A stretch of DNA of 32,000 bases from Bifidobacterium longum subsp. longum JCM 1217 (GTDB taxonomy: Bacteria > Actinomycetota > Actinomycetes > Actinomycetales > Bifidobacteriaceae). Below are positions 8,409 to 14,528 of this stretch, one piece after another (positions within the stretch are counted from its first letter, which is position 1; each line of letters begins with the position of its first letter). The stretch is taken from the NCBI RefSeq assembly GCF_000196555.1, contig NC_015067.1, positions 2,010,001 to 2,042,000 on the forward strand. The letters run 5' to 3'. The notes under the pieces are model-generated. The model searched no databases, was not told the DNA's origin, and saw only the letters and a list, made by a program, of their open reading frames with translations. A program made the translations under genes and the position numbers.

Positions 8409-8960
8409 ATGGCTTCTGATCTTGTACATCACGGACAATCATTCGACGACCAGCCGCTCGGATTCGGCACGCTGGCCATTCACCTCGGTAACGGGGTCGA
8501 CGCCGAAACCGGCGCGATCCGTCGCCCCATCACGCTGGCGAACGCCTACGCGCTGCCCTACGACGCCTCGGCCTTGGCGATTGCCAAGCATCTCGAATCG
8601 CTGGATGTGGTGCGTTTCGTGGCGTACCCCGGTCTGGAATCGCATCTGCACCACAAGGTGGCGGCCAGCCAGCTGGCCCGCCCGGACTCCGGGTTCGGCG
8701 GCGTGCTGTCGTTTGGCCTCGACACCGACCACGACGGGCACACCCGATTCGTTTCCAAGCTCAATGTGATTACGTCTGCCGTCTCGCTCGGCCATGACTA
8801 ATCGCTGATCGTGTTCCTCGGTGAGGATGACGAGCGCCAGTACCTGTACCCGCCTGAGTTCCACCGCGGCTTCTTCCGTCTGGCCGTGGGTCTGGAGGAT
8901 ACGGACGATTTGATTCGCGACATCGATCACGCGCTGGTGGAGGCCGGATTCGAGGTGTGA
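8409..8960 (+). pseudogene. Decayed Cys/Met-metabolism PLP enzyme (cystathionine gamma-synthase / O-acylhomoserine sulfhydrylase / Met gamma-lyase family)
   Basis: The N-terminal segment FGTLAIHLGNGVDAETGAIRRPITLANAYALP is fused directly to the C-terminal segment AIAKHLESLDVVRFVAYPGLESHLHHKVAASQL...GFGGVLSF. An in-frame TAA at 8799-8801 sits inside the conserved SLG..ESLI motif. The frame then continues to FRLAVGLEDTDDLIRDIDHAL...* (8958-8960). The central PLP-lysine domain is missing. Confidence 0.8.
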
Positions 8961-9076
8961 GACCGCACCGCGCGCATGATTTCGGCCTCTTCCGCCCTGC
9001 TGCCGCCGTCAGTGAGTCACAAGATGGCTCGGTGACGACGATGGCAGGGCTTTTTACGTCAGCACAGGGACAATAC

Positions 9077-9129
9077 CTGGCGGTCTGCCGACGATGACGG
9101 CACTTATCGTCGGCAGACCGCCAGTTTTT
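9077..9129 (+). terminator. Very strong hairpin plus T5 (plus-strand intrinsic terminator)
   Basis: ctggcggtctgccgacgat (9077-9095) and atcgtcggcagaccgccag (9106-9124) form a perfect 19-bp stem with a 10-nt loop, followed by TTTTT. Confidence 0.6.
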
Positions 9130-9280
9130 GGACCGTCGCCGACACAAAACGCCGATTTGCCGTCGGCAATGGTCCAAAAACTGGCCCTATAACGACGCCA
9201 ACGCGGCTCAGCATCGGCGCATCGCCATTTCGTGGCCCACTGCCGACGCTGGCCTCATGCCACGGCACTCAGCGTCGGTA
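9077..9280. repeat. Cluster of three long hairpins sharing a GCCGAC/GTCGGC core
   Basis: H1 is at 9077-9124. H2 has outer arms cagtttttggacc (9122-9134) and ggtccaaaaactg (9171-9183), with an inner gccgac..gtcggc pair. H3 has arms tgccgacgct (9241-9250) and agcgtcggta (9271-9280). Additional (C)CGTCG(G/A)C copies occur at about 9344 and about 9354. Confidence 0.75.
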
Positions 9281-9574
9281 GAGAGACAACCATTGGCACA
9301 GCGACGACACCACGAACCTGCGACACGGAAAAAAACAACATACCGTCGACCTACTGCCGTCTTGTGCAAAATGTCTTAAGCCGCTCGGCCAAGTCGCCAA
9401 CTGAGCCTCTTCCATAGGGACCCCAATCCGTTACCCAGTGTAGATGCGGTGCAACGCCGAACTCAACTACGTTGCGCGCATGCACCTTTATGCATAGCAG
9501 GCATGGCTGGGCGTTTGGTGGGAGCAGCTTTCGGCTCCCCTCTCTGAGGGGGAGCCCCTTTCCGCCTAGCAAGA

Positions 9575-9608
9575 GAAAACCCCGACTATCCGCGGGAACA
9601 GTCGGGGT
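9575..9608 (-). terminator. Rho-independent terminator of groES
   Basis: The minus strand reads CCCCGACT-gttcccgcggat-AGTCGGGG followed by TTTTCTCTT. Confidence 0.75.
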
Positions 9609-9632
9609 TGTTGAAGTTCGCTAGGCGACTAA

Positions 9633-9926
9633 TCAGCCGAGGATGGCGAGAATGTCGCGGGCGCCGACGATGAGGTAGTCCTCACCCTCGTAATGGACTT
9701 CGGTGCCGCCGTACTTGGAGTACAGCACCTTGTCGCCGACCTTGACATCCATCGGGATGCGCTCGCCCTTGTCGTCACGACGGCCCGGGCCAACGGCCAG
9801 GACTTCACCCTGCTGAGGCTTCTCCTTGGCATTGTCCGGAATGTACAGACCGGAAGCGGTCTGGGTCTGGGCCTCGGCCTGCTTGACGATGATCTTGTCT
9901 TCCAACGGTGTGAGCTTAATCGACAC
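9633..9926 (-). CDS. groES: Co-chaperonin GroES (10 kDa chaperonin)
   Basis: [48 protein letters not shown]... is full-length GroES. It has a GTG start preceded by GAGGTGA. No groEL follows it. Confidence 0.95.
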
Positions 9927-10039
9927 TGTGGGTCACCTCGTATCTACTTGTAGTTCGATAATGCCGCGCCAGAACGCCTCAAGAGGCTGACGATCACTTG
10001 CGTTGTCCCTTTGCGCTAGGACACATCGTAGCGCGATTA

Positions 10040-10066
10040 TTAGCACTCTGCCAACTCGAGTGCTAA
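10040..10066. promoter_or_regulatory. CIRCE operator (HrcA binding site) upstream of groES
   Basis: Perfect TTAGCACTC-N9-GAGTGCTAA located 114 nt upstream of the groES start. On the minus strand TTAGCA (-35-like) and TAATAAT (-10-like) overlap and flank it. Confidence 0.9.
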
Positions 10067-10098
10067 CGCTGTGAGAGAAAATCGTCGAATCGCAACGC

Positions 10099-11523
10099 TC
10101 AGTTGCCGCGGCGGGCAAGAATGGAGTCCAGGCCTGCGCCCAACGAATCGGTGGTCGCCGCTGGCGCTTCGACGTCGGCACGCTCCTCGGATTCGTGGAA
10201 TGCGGCTCGCTGGGCGGCGTTTGCAGCCTCGTCATCGGCGTCCGTATCGGCATCATCGCGCTGCTCCGGCTCAGTGTCTACAGCGTTTCCGGCGCTGACA
10301 GCCTTGGCGTCGTCCGCGGCCTTGACGGCTCGGGCCTCGTCAATCAACTTTTCCGCCACTGCGGGTTCGACAGGTTCCGCCTTGGACACCTGACGGGTCG
10401 ACTTGATCTCCAAGCTTTCCGGAGCGTTGTCGGCGTTATGTTCCCCACCCAAAGTGAAGGAGATGAGATCCTGCGAGGTGGACATATCGAAGACGTCCAG
10501 TGCTCGGGCAGGGCGTACGCTGACCAGTTCCGACGTGGCATCGGCAGCGGCAGCGGCATCGTCGCGCTCATCGCGCTCGTCACGCACCGTAAGCGATGGT
10601 TCAACTCGAGGGGCGACGGACTTGTCCGACTCAATCGACTTGTCTGTGCGAACGGAGGCATCAGGTGTGGCGGAAGATTCGCTGGTTTCGGCAGCGGACT
10701 TACGGTCGGCGGATTCATCGACCATAGCAGACGGCTCGGCGGCAGGCTTATCGGCGGCGGACTGTGCAATATCAGACTTCTCAGACTGTTTGGCGTGCTC
10801 TTCCGCGGCCTGATATGCGGCGGCGGACTGACGCAACGCCTTGGCCTTGGCCTGCTCAATCTCGGCATCGCGTAACGCGCGGCGAATCTGCCGCTGTTCC
10901 ATGACCTCGGTGGCAGCATCCTCAATCTGCTCGGCAGGCTTCTCGGCAGGCGCAGTTACGGCCGCAACCGGTTCGGCCTTGTTCACACGCTTGCTGTCCT
11001 TGGACTCGGCAGACGGTTTCTTGGACCAGCCCGTACCGCTATGAGCCCGCTCGTAGCGGACCACCTTGCGCTCCCATTGCCGGGCCTGGCGTGAGGCATT
11101 GGCTCCCAGCACCAGCACCAGCAGCAACAGCACGAACGGAATAAGAGCAAGCAGCGGACTGAAATGCAGGGGGAACGATACGGCAAACACCAACACGGTT
11201 ATGGCAAGCAGGCATACGGCGAGAATCTGCCGGCGGCGGATGGCCGCGCGGCGCAGTTCCCGCACATGGGCGATGTGCTCAGATGTCAGCCTCGCTGACG
11301 GTGTTGATGCTGGCATTGCTGCCCCTTTCGCCTTATGCGGCTTGATGTCTCCGAATCGTCTGCCGTTCTCTGCATCAACGATATGCAGGGAAGGCGAATA
11401 ACGATCCTGCCGGTGCTCGTCCACACGTTTCATGCCGTTGGCCGTACGTACGGGCAGCCATACAACGATAATAATCGCCACAATCACCAGCACGACGACA
11501 GTGCTCAGTGACTCATAACCCAT
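10099..11523 (-). CDS. Membrane protein with acidic/Ala-rich disordered tail; SepX/GlpR-like by position (conserved actinobacterial block)
   Basis: N-terminal TM helix (VVVLVIVAIIIVVWLPV) is followed by a basic stretch, then a TM hairpin (ILAVCLLAITVLVFAVSF..LLALIPFVLLLLVLVLG), then about 330 aa of low-complexity A/E/D/S/K sequence. It lies next to the RimJ-like GNAT, as Rv0996/GlpR does in other Actinobacteria. The family assignment rests on synteny and topology only. Confidence 0.45.
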   Translation of the reverse strand: MGYESLSTVVVLVIVAIIIVVWLPVRTANGMKRVDEHRQDRYSPSLHIVDAENGRRFGDIKPHKAKGAAMPASTPSARLTSEHIAHVRELRRAAIRRRQILAVCLLAITVLVFAVSFPLHFSPLLALIPFVLLLLVLVLGANASRQARQWERKVVRYERAHSGTGWSKKPSAESKDSKRVNKAEPVAAVTAPAEKPAEQIEDAATEVMEQRQIRRALRDAEIEQAKAKALRQSAAAYQAAEEHAKQSEKSDIAQSAADKPAAEPSAMVDESADRKSAAETSESSATPDASVRTDKSIESDKSVAPRVEPSLTVRDERDERDDAAAAADATSELVSVRPARALDVFDMSTSQDLISFTLGGEHNADNAPESLEIKSTRQVSKAEPVEPAVAEKLIDEARAVKAADDAKAVSAGNAVDTEPEQRDDADTDADDEAANAAQRAAFHESEERADVEAPAATTDSLGAGLDSILARRGN

Positions 11524-11603
11524 AGAGTCAAGGATAGGAGACGTGCCGACGAACTGGGGCTTTCCGTCCGGGCGTGTCGGAGCGGAATTCTTCCGGTCGA
11601 CGC

Positions 11604-12299
11604 TTATCTGGAACCGGCGGCGGCGAGTCTAGCGGCGAACCCTTGCCCCATATCTTCAGCCAACAGCGCAAACGTTACGTGGTCACGCCACTGGCCATTG
11701 ACATACATATACCGCTCGCGCAGTCCCTCATGATGGGCTCCGACCTTACGCACCACAGCCAAAGAACGCGCATTATCCGGCAGAATGGCGATTTCCAGCC
11801 GATGCAACGCGGGCCCGAATGGGTCTCCGAGCGCCCAATCGGCAAGCATGGCCAGTGCCATTGGCGCGAATCCGCGGCCGGCGCACCGTTGATCGACCCA
11901 ATAACCAACCACGCCGGTACGCATGGCACCATACACGATGGCTCCCAACGAAATCTGGCCGACGATACGCATCTGGTATTCGATGGCGAAGATCACGCCG
12001 ACGCCATGCTGCTCGTTACGGCGCTGCCGCTGCACCCATTGATTGAATGTGATGGAGCCGCCATGCATCGGGTCACCGGATTCCCAAGGTGCCAGCCAGT
12101 CGTTGTTGCGCCAGCGCACTTCGTTCCAGCCGTCCTCATCATCCATGGTCAGGGGGCGCAGGACTATCGGAAAACCGGGATGGGTGAGACGTGGCGGGCG
12201 GATCTGGTGGTCCAGCTTGAACGCCTCTTTAATCGACTGGAAAACTGACACGGCCTTTATTGTAGCCATATGAAGGTCTTGCGCCGCTACCGTGGCCAC
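11604..12299 (-). CDS. GNAT N-acetyltransferase, RimJ/RimL-like
   Basis: IVLRPLTMDDEDGW.....NNDWLAPWE... then GQISLGAIVYGAMRTGVVGYWVDQRCAGRGFAPMALAML.DWAL...ALHRLEIAILPDNARSLAVVRKVGAHHEGL. The start is either GTG 12299 or ATG 12269. Confidence 0.8.
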   Translation of the reverse strand: MATVAAQDLHMATIKAVSVFQSIKEAFKLDHQIRPPRLTHPGFPIVLRPLTMDDEDGWNEVRWRNNDWLAPWESGDPMHGGSITFNQWVQRQRRNEQHGVGVIFAIEYQMRIVGQISLGAIVYGAMRTGVVGYWVDQRCAGRGFAPMALAMLADWALGDPFGPALHRLEIAILPDNARSLAVVRKVGAHHEGLRERYMYVNGQWRDHVTFALLAEDMGQGFAARLAAAGSR

Positions 12300-12334
12300 T
12301 TTCGTTTTACGATGGAAACACTAGATTGTGCGGT

Positions 12335-13075
12335 ATGAGCGAAGTGGGCAGTGGCATGAATATCGGCAGCGACTACAGCGGCACAGAGAAAACAGAGAAG
12401 ACGGATAAAGCGACGCTGCGCCACCATATACTGTCTCGGCGCAAGCGCGTTCCAGCGGAAGAACGCGGAGCGGCCGGTGAATTGCTGGTGCGACGGTTCC
12501 CAGCACACATGATTCAGGATGGTCCCACAGTGGCGGCATATGTGTCGATGGGTTCGGAAATCGAAACCCGGCCACTGTTGCGATGGCTGCGGGCTCATGG
12601 CTGCCACGTGTTGGTGCCAAGGTTGGGGTCTGGGTTGGAAATTGGCTGGAGTGTGCTGGATTCATTGGAATCATTGCGCTCGATGGATGCAGTGGGTGGC
12701 GCGAACAATGCCGGTAGCTGCAGCTCTCCCAGCACCGTCCATCACAGACCCGATGAGCCAACTGGCGCAGTTCTACCGCCCGAAGCGTTGGAGAAGGCCG
12801 ATCTGGTCATCGCTCCGGCTTTGGCAGTGGACCCGCAGGGCAATCGTCTGGGGCGTGGAGCCGGCTGGTATGACCGGGCCTTGGCTCGCCGCAAGCCCGC
12901 ATGTCCCCTGATTGCGGTGTGCTGGCCGTGGGAGGTGTTGGACATTGATTTGCCGGCCGAACCACATGATGTGCCGGCCGACGGAGTGCTGACGCCGGAG
13001 GGATACCGGCGGCTTAGCTCATCGGGCCTGTTGAGCTGGCCGGCCGGCCAAGATACTCGGCGCAAGCCAGACTGA
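12335..13075 (+). CDS. 5-formyltetrahydrofolate cyclo-ligase (MTHFS)
   Basis: KATLRHHILSRRKRV, then AAYVSMGSEIETRPLL, then the diagnostic DLVIAPALAVDPQGNRLGRGAGWYDRAL. The start is uncertain (TTG 12326, ATG 12335 or ATG 12356). Confidence 0.85.
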   Translation: MSEVGSGMNIGSDYSGTEKTEKTDKATLRHHILSRRKRVPAEERGAAGELLVRRFPAHMIQDGPTVAAYVSMGSEIETRPLLRWLRAHGCHVLVPRLGSGLEIGWSVLDSLESLRSMDAVGGANNAGSCSSPSTVHHRPDEPTGAVLPPEALEKADLVIAPALAVDPQGNRLGRGAGWYDRALARRKPACPLIAVCWPWEVLDIDLPAEPHDVPADGVLTPEGYRRLSSSGLLSWPAGQDTRRKPD

Positions 13076-13238
13076 CCAACCAGCCACGCACACTGGCCGA
13101 TGGAACCAGAGTGGCAACAGCAAGCTGGCTAGTAAGACCGTAACGCCAATGTGTCAGGGCGGCGACTAGGATATGAACGGTTGCGTGGCATGGCGTTTGG
13201 GCCATCCGCGAGAAATATGACTTTGTTGGAGGAATCCG

Positions 13239-13424
13239 TTGCCTACCTATCATTACCGTTGCAAGAACTGCGGCTATGACTTCACCGAACAGCAGTCGTT
13301 CAATGACGACCCGATTACCGTGTGCCCCAAGTGCTCGCAGGAGCAGGTGCGCAAGGTGTATTCCGCCGTGCCGATTGAGTTCAAGGGTCACGGCTTCTAC
13401 CGCACCGACAAATCCGGCAAGTAA
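13239..13424 (+). CDS. FmdB-family zinc-ribbon putative regulatory protein
   Basis: MPTYHYRCKNCGYDF.......ITVCPKCS...VRKV is the signature YxYxCxxCG...CPxC. It has a TTG start with GGAGGA 5 nt upstream. Confidence 0.85.
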   Translation: MPTYHYRCKNCGYDFTEQQSFNDDPITVCPKCSQEQVRKVYSAVPIEFKGHGFYRTDKSGK

Positions 13425-13588
13425 GGTCTGTACACCCGCTTTTCCTCTGTAAACGACGGTGTCGACGGCGGTATGCCGCGGATATTGGCACTACGGGCAC
13501 TGTCTGTTGCACGGGTTTGAAGCGTTGTGGATAACTTGGCAAGCTAGAACCACATAGGTCGATTTGGCTTGCGCTTACGAAAAACTTC

Positions 13589-13624
13589 AGGTCACCATGG
13601 TTGCATGGTGACCTTTTCGTTTAT
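13589..13624 (+). terminator. Rho-independent terminator (after fmdB-type gene, 165 nt 3' region)
   Basis: AGGTCACCATG-gttg-CATGGTGACCT is a perfect 11-bp stem followed by TTTCGTTTATT. It lies inside the longest version of the 13569 ORF. Confidence 0.65.
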
Positions 13625-13661
13625 TAAGCCGCCTGCGCGCGGCTCATTGCGGCGACGGCGC

Positions 13662-14231
13662 ATGGCGGATGCCTTGCGCCGACTCACTGCTGCGTTGTGC
13701 GTGGGACTCGCAGTGCTGTTTGGGATTGAAGCCGTATTGGCCGTGGTGGAGACCGAGCCGATGGTGGTGGCCGCCCGCTCGATTCGACGGGGTGACATTA
13801 TTCTGGCCGCCGACGTTCAGTTGGCTGATATGCCGGTATCTGCGGCAGGCCCGTCTTGGACAGGCAATATTGAGGATGTGGTGGGCAAGGTAGCGCAAAT
13901 CGATATCGAAGCAGCCGATCCCATTTCCACGCATATGGCCAGAGATGCGCCCGTAGCACCGACCGGCACTACGGTGATTGAAGTCCGCTTGGCCAGTAGC
14001 GTCGACGATGTATTGGCCGGCGATCAGGTGAGACTGGTTTCCGCCGTCGGTTGCGAAGGCGCTGATTGCACGCTGGCCGAGAACGCCACGGTGATGAATG
14101 TCGGCAAACCGGATGCGATTGGTGCATTGGGAGGCAACGACCGACTGGTGTCGTTCGCAATGCCGCCGGAGGCCGCGGCCAAGGTTATGGAGCTGCAACA
14201 GGCCGGAGCGATTATGGCCGTTGTGCGGTAG
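13662..14231 (+). CDS. SAF-domain protein (CpaB/RcpC-like N-terminal domain)
   Basis: A basic N-terminus plus one TM helix (LTAALCVGLAVLFGIEAVLAVV) is followed by AARSIRRGDIILAADV...DVVGKVAQIDIEAADPI, which is SAF-like. The start at 13662 was chosen because the upstream part of the ORF contains the terminator hairpin. ATG 13605 is not excluded. Confidence 0.6.
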   Translation: MADALRRLTAALCVGLAVLFGIEAVLAVVETEPMVVAARSIRRGDIILAADVQLADMPVSAAGPSWTGNIEDVVGKVAQIDIEAADPISTHMARDAPVAPTGTTVIEVRLASSVDDVLAGDQVRLVSAVGCEGADCTLAENATVMNVGKPDAIGALGGNDRLVSFAMPPEAAAKVMELQQAGAIMAVVR

Positions 14232-14239
14232 GAAGCGGA

Positions 14240-14323
14240 ATCGGCCTTCGGCCGATACTGTGTTTTCCGCAGCCGACAGGCTGCGGAAAACACAGTGTTG
14301 GGGCGCACAGAGTGCGCCCCAAC
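14240..14323. terminator. Three abutting perfect hairpins forming a bidirectional terminator module
   Basis: Hairpin a is atcggcc-ttc-ggccgat (14240-14256). Hairpin b is actgtgttttccgcagcc-gaca-ggctgcggaaaacacagt (14257-14296, 18 bp). Hairpin c is gttggggcgcac-aga-gtgcgccccaac (14297-14323, 12 bp). The arms of b supply a TGTTTT tract 3' of a on the plus strand and 3' of c on the minus strand. Confidence 0.7.
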
Positions 14324-14325
14324 TC

Positions 14326-14526
14326 CTACTCGCGCTCGTTAAAAACGGCCCAATGCGGCGGCAGTTCGCCGAGGATGCGTTTGTCGTCGTCGGATTGCCG
14401 TTGTTGGTCGGTCTGCATGTCTCCGGGCTCGAGTTTGACACCGTCAGCGTCAAACTGCTCAGTGCCCTTCATCACCACGCGCTTGTGCTTGCGCGGTGTG
14501 CGCCGTGTAGCCGAGTATTCCGCCAT
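14326..14526 (-). CDS. 66-aa highly charged hypothetical protein, translationally coupled to the upstream gene
   Basis: The ATG lies 2 nt after the TAA of the 1211-aa gene (TAAccATG), with GAGG about 10 nt upstream. There is no TM segment. The N-terminus is basic and the centre acidic, ending ...DDDKRILGELPPHWAVFNERE. The terminator hairpin starts right after its stop. Confidence 0.55.
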   Translation of the reverse strand: MAEYSATRRTPRKHKRVVMKGTEQFDADGVKLEPGDMQTDQQRQSDDDKRILGELPPHWAVFNERE

Positions 14527-14528
14527 GG

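Noticed and set aside
8770-9379. ORFs 8770-9177 (-) and 9128-9379 (+) in the hairpin-rich gap
   Set aside because: They are R/C/P/T-rich translations of palindromic DNA. One overlaps the pseudogene 3' end, and neither has start context or recognisable domains.
9310-9405. tRNA-like fragment on the minus strand (TTGGCCGAGCGGCTTAAGACA resembles a class II tRNA D-arm; GGTTCGTGG about 75 nt later resembles a T-loop)
   Set aside because: No acceptor stem or anticodon stem can be formed. The spacing is about 25 nt too long and is interrupted by a T7 run. At best it is a highly decayed remnant, and it may be coincidence.
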